From the NCBI GenBank assembly GCA_038087875.1, contig JAXLNO010000062.1, forward strand, positions 372,001 through 410,671: a stretch of 38,671 nucleotides of DNA, given 5' to 3'. The position numbers and the translations under genes are program-made. Positions 1-11,039 of the stretch are shown one piece after another. A model generated the notes under the pieces. That model searched no databases. It saw only the letters and a program-made list of their open reading frames with translations, and was not told where the DNA came from. Within the stretch, counting starts at the first letter, position 1, and every line of letters begins with the position of its first letter. Origin of the DNA: Malacoraja senta. Taxonomy: Eukaryota.

Positions 1-224
1 AAGGGCCGAGATGGCCTGTTTCCGTGCTGTAATGGTTATATGGTTATATGGTATAGAGGGATATGGGCCAAACGCGGGCAAATGGGACTAGCTTAGATGG
101 GGCATCTTGGTCAGTGTGGGCAAGTTGGGTTGTGTTGATAAAGTGATGCAACATTGGAGGGGCTGTTCAAGGCTGCATCTGCTGTCAGGATAAGATAGAA
201 GATCCCAAGGTATTTTTTCAATGA

Positions 225-496
225 AACAAAGCTGGGTGGCAGTGTGAGCTGCGACGATGAAGCTAGGAGGCTGCAGGGTGACTTGGATAGGTTTGGTGAG
301 TGGGCAGATTCAGTATAATGTGGAGAAATGTGAGGTTATCCACTTTGGTAGCAAGAACAAGAAGGCACATTATTATGTGAATGGTAGACCAGCATTTTTA
401 AACCAACATCTGAAGTTCTTTCCTACACATTATCTGAATGGTGTCAGATTAGGAACAGGGGAGATGCAATGAGATCTGGGTGTCCTTGAACATCAG
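225..496 (+). mobile_element. CR1/HER1-type LINE, RT fragment (left part of a copy split by a Rex1 insertion)
   Basis: Translates to QIQYNVEKCEVIHFGSKNKKAHYY..YLNGVRLGTGEMQ then RDLGVL, typical CR1 RT C-terminal motifs; the same element resumes at ~1966. Confidence 0.85.
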
Positions 497-1966
497 TCCC
501 TCAGCCAATGTAGAGTCCCGCAGTGTTTTAAAGCATCCATTATCATCCCTGTGCCCAAGTCCTCCAAGGTGAGCTGTCTGAACGATTTTAGACCTGTTGC
601 ACTAACATCAGTTGCCATGAAGGCCTTTGAGCACATTGTCCTCACCCATCTGAAAACATACACTGTCCCCATCATGGACCCTTTTCAATTTGCATACAGC
701 GCCAACCGGTCTGTGGAGGATGCTATCAACCTAGCTCTTCACTACTCCTACATCATTTGGAATCACCGAACACTTATGCACGCATCCTGTTTATAGATTT
801 TAGCTCGGCCTTTAATACTATACACCCAATTAAACTCTACAATAAACTGTTGGACATGGGCATTCACCTAGCCATGTGCCATTGGATTTTACATTTTCTG
901 ACAAACAGACAACAAAGAGTCAAGGTGGGTGAAAAACTCTCCAGCCCTCTGACTCTCAATACAGGAGCCCCTCAAGGGTGCGTTCTGTCACCTCAGCTCT
1001 TCTCACTTTACACCAACAACCTCACATCCCAATGCAGCTCAGTTAAATTTTTCAAATATGCAGACGACACGACAATAATTGGCCTCATCTCAGACAACAA
1101 TGAATCACAATACCATCAAACAGTGGACAGCGCAGTCAAATGGTGCGCAGAAAACAACCTCCAGCTTAACACCTCAAAAACCTTAGAAACCATCATAGAT
1201 TTCAGACGCAAACAAAACCTCAAACCCCCGGTCCATGTCAACTCCCATCCCATAACCTCCACAAACTTATTTAAGTTTCTGGGCACCTATATCTGCAATA
1301 ATCTAAAATGGCACATCAATGCTGACCACATCATTAAGAAAGGACAACAACGCCTATACTTCCTCAGACAGCTCAAGAAGTTCAGAGTCCACAAACACCT
1401 CCTGGTACGCTTCTATCAATCCATCATTGAAAGCATCATCACTTCCTCAATCACAGTCTGGTACGGAAACACTGACAGTCATTCACTACACAGAATACAG
1501 CGCATTGTCTCCAAGGCCTCTTGGATCATCAACTCTCCCCTCCCCTCAATCCATTCGATTTACCACCAACGTACCTCAAAATGGGCAACAAATATCATCT
1601 CGGACCCCTCCCATCCAGCAAACCACCTTTTCCAGTCTCTCCCTTCAGGGAGGCGCCTTAGGTCACTTGCTACAAAATCCACCCGTTTTAAAAACAGTTT
1701 CTTCCCCTCAGCAATAAGAACACTTAATTCCCTCCAATAACTTTTTGACTTTGATGTATACAGTGTCTTGTCTATGGTTTTTGTCTGTTCTTTTGCACTA
1801 TGTATTGTTGGTGAGATTTGTGATTTGTGATGTGCTTTATTATTATGATCTGTGTTGTTATTAGTGTTAATGTGCTAAAGCAGTGTACCATCATGTACCG
1901 AACCCAATTACCACCTACCCTGGTCGTGTGGCAAATAAAGTTTCTATCTATCTATCTATCTATCTA
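497..1966 (+). mobile_element. Rex1/Babar-clade LINE, 5'-truncated, RT with one frameshift (~746)
   Basis: CLNDFRPVALTSVAMKAFE, DPFQFAY, ARILFIDFSSAFNTI, TGAPQGCVLSP, KYADD, LPSGRR, FKNSFFP; AATAAA followed by a (TCTA)n tail at 1936-1966. Confidence 0.9.
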
Positions 1967-2650
1967 AGCATGCAGGTACAGCAGGCAGTGTAAAAAGCAA
2001 ATAGCATGTTGGCCTTCATAGCGAGAGGATTTGAGTATAGGAGCAAGGAGGTTTACTGCAGTAGTACAGGGCCCGGTGAGATCACACCTGGAGTATTGTG
2101 TGCAGTTTTGTTCTCCTAATTTGAGGAGGGACATTATTGCTATTGCGGGAGTGCAGCATAGGTTCACCAGGTTAATTCCCGGGATGGCAGAACTGACATA
2201 CGATGAAAGAAAGAATGGATCGACTGGGCTTGTATTCACTGGAATTCACTGGAAAAGAGGGGATCTTATAGAATCATATCAAATTCTTAAAGGACTGGAC
2301 AGGCTAGATGCAGGAAAATTGATCCTGATGTTGGGGGAGTCCAGAACCAGGGGTCACAGTTTAAGAATAAGGGGGAGGCCATTTTGGACAGAGATGAGGA
2401 AATACTTTTTCAACCAGCTAGTTGTGAATCTGTGGAATTCTCTGCCACAGAAGGCAGTTGAGACCAATTCAATGGATGTTTTCAAGAGAGAGTTAGATGT
2501 AGCTCTTCGAGCTAATGGAATCAAGGGATATGGGGAGAAAGCGGGAATGGGGTACTGATTTTAGATAATCAGCCGTGATCATATTGAACAGTGTTGCTGG
2601 CTCGAAGGGCCAAATGGCCTACTCCTGCACCTATTTTCTATGTTTCTATG
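1966..2650 (+). mobile_element. CR1/HER1-type LINE 3' end (right part of the split copy)
   Basis: HLEYCVQF, VQHRFTRLIPGM, RGDLIE, SRTRGHSLRI, VVNLWNSLP; 3' tail GAAGGGCCAAATGGCCTACTCCTGCACCTATTTTCTATG. Confidence 0.9.
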
Positions 2651-2776
2651 AAAGGCTGCTGGGGCACCGAGTCCTCTCCAACTACTAAACCCTCAAGCAA
2701 CATTACAGTAGATAAGTGAGTGATGCATTTCCCACTTTAGCCAAAGGCAAGAGAAACCTCTGAGATGAGTAGTTAC

Positions 2777-2889
2777 CTGACTCTGCCACCAGCAGCGTGT
2801 GAGTGCTGTGCTCCATTACCGCTCGAGCCACACTGATCGCACTTTTAATCCTCCGCAGGTCTCCAACTCCCCCAACCTCCATCGTATCG
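2777..2889 (-). pseudogene. AGA: Aspartylglucosaminidase coding exon 3 (orphan exon; coding exons 1-2 not found in the window)
   Basis: Minus strand ctgcag|C GAT ACG ATG...GAG TCA G|gtaact, 113 bp, [37 protein letters not shown]; matches the recalled human exon 3 ([37 protein letters not shown]) in size and phase. Gene identity is secure; pseudogene status is inferred. Confidence 0.85.
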
Positions 2890-3009
2890 CTGCAGATACA
2901 ACATATATTATGTTTGTAGATGGCACTAAGATGGGTCTTATTGTAGATAGCGAAGATGGTTGTCAAAAATTGCAGCAGGATCTTGATCAGATAGTTTGTG
3001 TTGCATTTG

Positions 3010-3300
3010 GGTTTGAGTTTAGTTTACTGTCACGTGTACCGAGGTACAGTGAAAAGTTTTTGTTGCGTGCTAACCAGTCAGCGGCAAGACAATACATGAT
3101 TACAATCGAGAAATTCACAGTGTACAGATACATGATAAAAGGAATAACGTGAACAACATTTAGTGCAAGATACAGCTGAAAAGTCTGATCAAAGAAAGTC
3201 CGAGGGTCATCAATGAGGTCGATAGAAGTTCAGGATTCCTCTCTACTTGTGGTAGGATGGTTTCCTGATAACAGCTGGGAAGAAACTGTCCCTGAATCTG
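3010..3300 (-). mobile_element. Rex1-like LINE 3' end/3'UTR fragment (same family at ~5625-5850 and ~24090-25045)
   Basis: Minus strand reads RFRDSFFPAVIR then 3'UTR ..TTTTCACTGTACCTCGGTACACGTGAC.. and a TAAAC-type tail; near-identical at three positions. Confidence 0.75.
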
Positions 3301-3319
3301 GTTCGGTTTGGTTTGCTTT

Positions 3320-3592
3320 GGTGAGAAAGCACGGAAACTGGCCCTTCGGCCCACTGATTCCGCGCCGACCAGTGATCATCCCTGTACACCAGAACTATCC
3401 TACACACTAGGTACAATTGACAATTTTATCCAAGCCAATTACCCTACAAACCTGTACGTCTTTGGAGTGTGGCAGGAAACCGGAGCAGCCGGATAAAACC
3501 CTCAGTCACTGGAAGAAAGTAGAAACTCTGTATAGACAGCACCCTGTCGGGATTGAACCTGTAAGGCAGCAACTCTACCACCGTACCGCCCC
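3320..3592 (-). mobile_element. HE1/V-SINE-type tRNA-derived SINE
   Basis: Shared core CAAACCTGTACGTCTTTGGAGTGTGG..AAACCGGAG, tRNA-like head and CR1-like tail; related copies at ~19740-19870, 25690-25980, 34490-34890 and 38595-38671. Confidence 0.8.
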
Positions 3593-3689
3593 AGGTGGGG
3601 TGAGGGTGTTTCCCTGCTGTATGACTTTGACTCTAAAAACAGATTTGAAGTAAATGAAGACAAAAGGAACTGCAGAAGCTGCAATCGGA

Positions 3690-4110
3690 GATTGACAGAT
3701 TCTTGATTAGTGCGGGTGTCAGCGGTTATGGGGAGAAGACAGGAGAATGGGGTTGAGAGGGAGATAGACCCGCCATGATTGAATGGCGGATTAGATTTGA
3801 TGGGCCGAATGGCCTATTTCTGCTGCTAGAACATGAACAATCTTGCTGATGGTATGTCAGCTGTCCAATCCCTCCACAGAATCTGCCTGATCTGCTGAGG
3901 CCAGAATCTGTGGAATCCATTGCCACACACAGCTATGGAGGCCGATATTGGATTTTTTAAAGGCAGAGATAGATAGATTCTTGATTAGTACGAGTGTCAG
4001 GGGTTATCGGGAGAAGGCAGGAGAATGGGGTTGAGAGGGAGAGATAGATCAGCCATGATTGAATGATGGAGTAGACTTGATGGGCCGAATGGCTTAATTC
4101 TGCTTCTAGA
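3690..4110 (+). repeat. Two short CR1-like 3'-tail fragments in tandem
   Basis: Repeated AGATTCTTGATTAG..GGGAGAAG..CAGGAGAATGGGGTTGAGAGGG..TTGATGGGCCGAATGGC..AGAACATGAACAATCTTGCTG at ~3697-3850 and ~3974-4128. Confidence 0.7.
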
Positions 4111-4751
4111 ACATGAACAATCTTGCTGGAGGTACGTTGTCTTTCCATTCCCTCCACAGACGCTGCCTGACCCGCTGAGTTCCTCCAGCTCTTTGCACCA
4201 ACAGTCTGTCTGTTTTTTTGTCTTTTTTAGTTTGTGTAAATGTTCTCCGGTTTGTTTTATGTGGATGCCTCCTCGGACTGACTTGAGCCCCACTGCGGGG
4301 TGTGGACTTAACATCAGAGCTGATCCCGTGCCTGGGATCGCTCCAACCGCGGCCTGCGGACTTACTATCAAGAGTTCGCAGTCTCGGGAGAAGCCGAGTC
4401 GAGAAGCTCCAACGACCCAGAGGCTCGACCAGCCCCGACCCAGGGTCCGATCGCCAGCGCAGGGGAGTTGACATCCCCCGATGCAGGAGCTGATTGCCCC
4501 GATGCGGAGGGCCCAAAAGCCACTGGCTACAGGAGTCAAGATCGTCCCGTCAACGGAGGGCTTGAGGCCCCTGACCACGGGAGTGCATAGAAGGGAAGAG
4601 AATTGATCATTTTTACACCTTCCATCACAGTGAGGAATGTGGAGGAGTCACTGTGGTGGATGTTGATGTTAAAATGTATTTTGTGTGTATCGTTGCTTTT
4701 TATTTGAATGACAGATATGGCAAATGAAATTCCTCGTGTGTTGCAAAACAT

Positions 4752-5600
4752 AGTAATAGTAATAGTAATAGTAAACTTTATTGTCAGTTCAAATAATGCA
4801 ACAAGTAGTTACACAGAGGATTGAAATTGCGTTTCCACATACTCCAATGTGCAAGTAATATTTATAACACAGACGGACAATATACCAATAAAAATAGACA
4901 ATGGACATATACATTATATAAAATATTCATTAATAAAAGGTGCAATATAGAAAAGTGCAAATAGCATACTGCAGACATTGTGTTCAAGTTAATTTGACAG
5001 TCAGTTGGTCTTTGTTTGTGTAATGTTCATGGAATTTTCTTGAGTGTGTTGAGTAGTCTGATGGCCTGAGGGAAAAAGCTGTTTTTGAATCTTGTGGTTT
5101 TGCTCCGCATGCTGCGGTAGCACTTGCCGGATGGTAGGAGGGTGAACAGTTTGTGTGCTGGGTTGGTGGTGTCTTTGATGATATTGGTTGCTCTCTTGCG
5201 ACAGCGAGATGGGTATAAGTCCTGGATTGCTAGTTGGGGTGATCTAGTGATCTTCTCCGCTGTCCTCACCACTCTCTGTAGGGCCTTCTGGTCAGCAGCA
5301 GAGCAACTGCCATACCAGACTGAGAGACTGCTGGTAAGAATGCTCTCAATGGCACCCCTGTAAAAAGTTGTGAGGGCAGAAGGGGGGAGGTCGGCTCTCC
5401 TCATCCGTCGAAGGAAGTGGAGGCGTTGCTGTGCTTTCTTGACTAGGGAGATGGTGTTGGTGGACCATGTCTGATCATCTGTGATGTGTACTCCCAGGAA
5501 CTTGGTGCTTTTCACAGACTCCACTGCACTGCCATTTATGGTGAGTGGGGTGTGTGCTGTCTGTTTCTTCCTGAAGTCCACAGTTATTTCTTTTGTTTAC
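4752..5600 (-). mobile_element. Rex1/Babar LINE 3' fragment
   Basis: ORF 5027-5581 (DFRKK, KFLGVHI, KKAQQRLHFLRR, FYRGAIESILT, FKNSFFPQAIRLLN); (TTACTA)n tail at ~4752-4773. Confidence 0.88.
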
Positions 5601-5974
5601 CGGCCTCCAGATAATACAGATTTATTTCAGTTTAGTTTATTGTTTCGTGCACCGAGGTACAGTGAAAAGTTTTTGTTGCGGCTAACCAGTCAGTAGAAAG
5701 ACTGTACATGATTACAACCAAGCCATTCACTGTGTACAGATACATGATAAAGGGAATAACGTTTAGTGCAATGTAAAGTCCAGTAAAGTCCGATTAAAGA
5801 TTGCCCGAGGGTCTCCAACGAGGTAGATGGTGGCTCAGGACCGCTCTCTAGGGTTGATAGAACTAGACTCAGATTAGTTGTCGATAGATTCAGGGACAGT
5901 TTCTTCCCAGCTTATGTCACTTGTTGGTGTTAAGACGGTTCAATTGCCTGCTACTGATTGACTAGATTACTGAC

Positions 5975-6583
5975 CTAAGTGTGAGGTGTAGCATTTGGGG
6001 AAGTCAAATCAGGTCAAAACCTTCACATTGATTGTAGAGCAGAGGGATCTAGGAGTTCCCCAAAAGTGGTGTCACAGGCAGGTAGGGTGGTGAAGCAGAC
6101 TTTTGCCACACTGGCCTTCATCAGTCAGGGAATTGAGTACAGAAGATGGAACGTTATGTTACAATTGTACAAGACTTTTGTGATGCTGAATTTGGAGTAC
6201 TTTGTTCAGTTTGGATATCCGTGTTGTATGAAGTATGTCTTTAAGCTGGAAAGAGTGCATAGAAGTTTTAACGAGAATGTTGCCTGGGCTCGAGCTATAG
6301 GGAGAGGTTGTGCAGACTTGGACTATATTCTCTGGAGTGCAGGAGGCTAATGCCTAGTTAAACTGATCTTATCTGCCTGTACATGATCCATATCCCTCCA
6401 TTCCCTGCACTTACATGTGACAATCCAAAAGCTTCTTCAAAGACATTATCATATCTACCTCCACCATCACGCCCTGGCAGAGCGTTCTAGACCCACACCC
6501 CTCTCTGTGTAAAAATCTTGCCCCGCACATCTCCATTAAACAGTCCCCCTCTCACCTTATATAGCTCTGCCCTCTAGTGTTGG
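5975..6583. mobile_element. Degenerate CR1 fragments in opposite orientations (+ ~5975-6350, - ~6350-6583)
   Basis: LAFISQGIEYR..MLQLYKT..LEY on plus; CR1 3'-end motifs on minus. Confidence 0.7.
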
Positions 6584-7260
6584 CAGGGCTCTCGCTTAAC
6601 TTTTTTCCCCTGTTGCCAGCCGGGCAACTTTGGCAGCTTTTTAGGTTGCCAAATGACAGTTTAGGTGGTCATTTAAGATGGCTTGCATGACGCGTGCCAT
6701 AATGTGCTCGGACGAAGTGCATGTGCTCGGACGACTAACCAGTCGGAATTATACTCAATGAAGCATTCACATATTATTTCTGCTTCAACTAAAGTCACAA
6801 ACTAAACAGATTCACCAATCAAGACATAATATATCCCACAATGACGCAGCAAAATTATAAGACTATCTCAACTCTTTTTACACATTGCAATTAATGCAAT
6901 TTCTATTAGTTCTTTCCACTTCCAAATAAAAATGTGGTTGGATTATTCAGCGTATGATCAACCTGTGTCAATAAATCCTGGACCATGGTAACATATAGTT
7001 GTGAATGTTGCTCAGTAAATAACTACAGTACTGATACTCCATATTAAGAGCATTGATTAGCCGTTAAAATGAATTCTGTAATAACGTGTCAACGGCAGCA
7101 GTGACAATCGAACACTGCGGTTTTAATGTTTCACCTGTTCACAATTTAATTAATCCATCTTTATAGATTAAAACAAATAATAACATTTGGAATTAAAACA
7201 CATTTGATTGCGTTCCGTTATCAAACATAGTCAATATTCGCTCTGAAGACATTTCCAGCA
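6584..7260. mobile_element. Probable hAT-like DNA transposon end fragment
   Basis: Interrupts the CR1 abruptly with CAGGGCTCTCGCTTAAC (CAGGG is a typical hAT terminus), then AT-rich non-coding sequence; no second TIR or TSD seen. Confidence 0.45.
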
Positions 7261-7261
7261 C

Positions 7262-7445
7262 AATAGGCCTCAACTACCTTCTGTGGCAGAGAATTCCAGA
7301 GATTCACCACTCTCTGTGTGAAAAATGTTTTCCTCATCTCGGTCCTAAAAGATTTCCCCCTTATCCTTAAAATGTGACCCCTTGTTCTGGACTTCCCCAA
7401 CAAAAATGGGGAACTGATATGTTTCTATAAGATCCCCCCTCATCC
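7262..7445 (-). mobile_element. CR1 fragment
   Basis: LGKSRTRGHILRIRGKSFRTEMRKTFFTQRVVNLWNSLP. Confidence 0.85.
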
Positions 7446-8540
7446 TCAAAGCCCTTTCTTCCATGACAGTCATCCTCATTTACCGGCCACCTAAACCAAA
7501 CCCCTCCTTCCTATCTGACTTCACTGAATTCCTCACACTTGTCTCATCTCTCACCCCACGTCTGCTGCTACTTGGTGACTTAAACATTCATATGGACTCC
7601 CCCACCTGCAAGTTCGCATCTGAATTCGCTTTTCTACTTGACAACTTCTCTCTCACTCAGCACGCCACCTTTCCCACTCATGACAAAGGTCTCATCCTTG
7701 ACCTGGTCTGCTCCACAAATCAACCGGTACTCGACCTCCATCCATGCCTCTTCCCCCTCTCTGATCATAAGCTTATACGGTTCACCATCCCTTCTCCAAC
7801 ACCTCGCCCCCGCTTCCTCCGAGAAATCACCTTCCGTAATCTAAAATCCATCGACCCTCACCATCTCTCTGACCTGCTCTCCACCACTCTCCCCCTGGAC
7901 CCAACCCACATCTCACCTGATGATCTCACAAACCAACTCAATTCCACCTTGTCTACCTCCCTTAACACTCTGGCTCCCCTCAAAACAAGAACCGTAACTT
8001 AATAAATCTTCACCCTGGTACACACCTGCACTTCGTAAGCTGAAACAGATTGGTCGCCGACTTGAACGACTCATAAAGAAATCACCTCTCACAGTCCACC
8101 ATGAAGCTTACAAACTCCACCTCACTGCCTACAAAGATGCCCTCATTGCTGCTAAATCTGCATACCTCTCCTCCATATTCACCGACCCCTGCCTAAACCA
8201 CAGAACCCTCTTCTCCACAGTGTGCAACCTCCTCAAACCTCGAGCCAACACTCTCCCTACCTCCACTCCGGATCTCTGCAACTCATTCCTCCACTTTTTT
8301 GCTGACAAAATCAGCACCATCTATCAATCCTTATCCCCTGTACCTGATTCCCCAGCATCTACTCCACCTCCTACCAAGGCCCCTCCTTTCAACATCTCTG
8401 CTGATCTCCATACCCCTCCCCCTCACTGCTTCCTCTCCCAGTTTGACCCGGTCACCTCTACTGAAATTTCCAAACTCATCAGCTCTTCCAAACCCACTAC
8501 CTGCTCCCTCGACCCTCTCCCCACTCCCCTGCTGAAGCCC
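7446..8540 (+). mobile_element. L2-clade LINE ORF2 fragment (APE endonuclease C-half plus linker)
   Basis: IYRPP, LLLGDLNIH, PTHDKG.ILDLV, SDHKLI, LAPLK, FFADKI, KPTTCSLDPLPT; frameshifted. Confidence 0.85.
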
Positions 8541-8591
8541 TGAATCTCATAATTGTATATACTTCCATCAGGTTTAGCTATACCTATACAC

Positions 8592-9077
8592 ATTGGAGTG
8601 CAGCGTAGGTTCACGAGGTTAATACCCGGGATGGCAGGACTGTCATATGTTGATAGATTGGAGCAGCTGGGCTTGTATACTCTGGAATTTAGAAGGATGA
8701 GCGGGGATCTTATTGAAACATATAAGAGTATTAAGGGTTTGAACAGGGTAGAGGCAGGAAACATGTTCCCAAGGTTGGGGGAGTCCAGAACCAGGGGCCA
8801 TAGTTTAAGAATAAGTGGTAAGGCATTATAGAACAGAGATGAGGAAAAACCTTTTCACACAGAGAGTTGTGAGTCTGTGGAATTCTCTGCCTCAGGCTGG
8901 TTCTCTGCATGCTTTCAAGAGAGAGTTAGATAGCGCTCTTAGCGATAGCAGAGTTAAGGAATATGGAGAGATGGCAGGAACGGGGTACTGATTGTGGATG
9001 ATCAGCCATGATCACATTGAATGGCGGTGCTGGCTCGAAGGGCCGAATGGTCTACTCCTACACCTATTGTCTATTGT
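8592..9077 (+). mobile_element. CR1 3' end
   Basis: GVQRRFTRLIPGMAGLSY..LGLYTLEFRR..GDLIETYK; tail CCTATTGTCTATTG. Confidence 0.88.
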
Positions 9078-9824
9078 AAGATTAATCATACTTTTCATCT
9101 GTGATGGATATTGGACAGTATCAAAGCCACTGCGGCCCCATAGCAGAAGCGTCCCCGTCGCGGGGCTGGAAACTGGAAGTATCCTGAGCAACAAGTGATG
9201 GCTCCCACTGATTCCGGAAGTTTGCGTCCTTTTCAAGACGCACGATGACAGCGATGTCAACATTTGAAACATGGAAGATGGGCACGAAAGAAGAAGAAAG
9301 CCACTGTGTTCATCTATCCTGGTGATGATGTCATTCCATTAATAGATTAATTGATGAGTAATTATCGTGAATTTATCCGCGTGTCATTGTGTTTAGGGGC
9401 CTGTAAAGCTGCAGCAAGTAAGAATTTCATTGTTTTGTTGCCAGTAAATACGGCAATTAAACACTGCACTCCCAAACGCGAGGATGGTACATACTGTGGA
9501 AAAATATGCCTGCAGCTCCCTCTGCAGTCAAAATGCAGTCTATTTTAGTAAGAATCCACCTCTGGAAGTCAGTGAAAACTTTCATCATTTTGGAATTTAT
9601 ATTCTTTACATTCATACAGTCAAACAGCTCGGAACAGGACCTTCAGACCAACTCGTCCATGCCAAGATGCTCCATCTAAGCTTGTCCCATTTTACAGGTA
9701 CATAATTCATTGCATGACATTGCATTGCATGGCAGGGCATAGAAAGGAACTGCAGATGCTGGTTTACACCGAAGATAGACACAAAATGCTAACTCAGGGG
9801 GACATCTCAGTGGCATCTCCGGTA

Positions 9825-10445
9825 GGTAAGATGGTCAAAAAGGCTTGGCACAGTGGCCTTCATCAGTCAGAGCATTAAGTATAGGTTAGGAGGTCACGTT
9901 GCAGTTATATAACACGTTGGTGATTTCGAGTATTGTGTTCAGTTTTGGGCACCATGCTATGTTGTCAAGTTAGAAAGGGTGTAGAGAAGATTTACGATGA
10001 TGTTGCCAGGACTAAAGGGTCTGAGCTATAGGCAGAGGTTGATTAGGCTGGGACTCTATTTCTTGGAGCGCAGAAGGATGAGGGGTGATCTGATAGAGGT
10101 GTACAAAATCACGAGGAATAGATCGGGTAGACACACAGAGTCTCTTGCAGAGTAGGTGAATCGAGAACCACAGGACAGAGGTTTAAGATGAGGGCGAAAA
10201 GATTTAATAGGAACCTGAGGGGCAACTTTTTCACACAAAGGGCGGTGGGTGTATGGAACAAGCTGCCAGAGGAGGTAGTTAAGGCAAGGACTATCGCAAC
10301 GTTGAGGAAGCAGTTGGACAGGTACATGGATAGGACAGGTTTAGAGGGATATGGACCAAATGCGGGCAGGTGGGACTGGTGTAGCTGGGAAATGTTGCCC
10401 GGTGTTGGTCTGAAGGGCATGTTTCCATGCTGTATAACTCTATGT
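9825..10445 (+). mobile_element. CR1 3' end (different subfamily)
   Basis: RGNFFTQRAVGVWNKLPEEVV..LDRYMDRTGLEGYGPNAGRWD. Confidence 0.85.
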
Positions 10446-11039
10446 AGGCAGCTTTATCTCATGGGAGTGGGATATCTCAAGTACACACTATCATGTAGAA
10501 ACAAAGAACTTCAGATGCTGGTTTGTACCAAAAATATTGCCCAGTTAATTCATAGAAACATAGAAGATAGGTGCAGGAGTAGGCCATTTGGCCCATCGAA
10601 CCAGCACCACCATTCAATATGATCATGGCTGATCATCCACAATCAGTACCCCGCTCCTGCTTTTTCCCCATATCCCTTGATTCTAGATAGGATAAATCTA
10701 ACCCATACCAGCCAATCCTCCCACTCAACCTCCAGAAAAGTGATGGAAGGTGTGATAATTTATCCTATTCAAGTGTTTAAATGCTCTTATTGTATCTGCC
10801 TCAGTCACGTATCCATGTTCTCCAGAGATGCAGCCTGACCCGCTGAGTTACTCCAGCACTCTGTGTCTTTGGGTAAACCAGCACCTGCAATTCCTAATCA
10901 TGCCCTCCTCAGATTATAACTACCTGATTCCCGGCTCCGTGACTCTACAACAATGATGTACATTGAGGAGTCAAACCCCACCGACTTCAGCTATGAAATG
11001 GGCAGCCATGCACACTTGTCTTCACCGCTGTCACTCCTC

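Noticed and set aside
757..1740. Domesticated or active reverse transcriptase gene (also 32830-33744)
   Set aside because: 5'-truncated LINE copies with no endonuclease or promoter, ending in simple-repeat tails; long frames reflect youth only
3997..4578. 193-aa ORF and overlapping ORFs as a novel gene
   Set aside because: They span several unrelated repeat fragments, with no recognisable domain or splice structure
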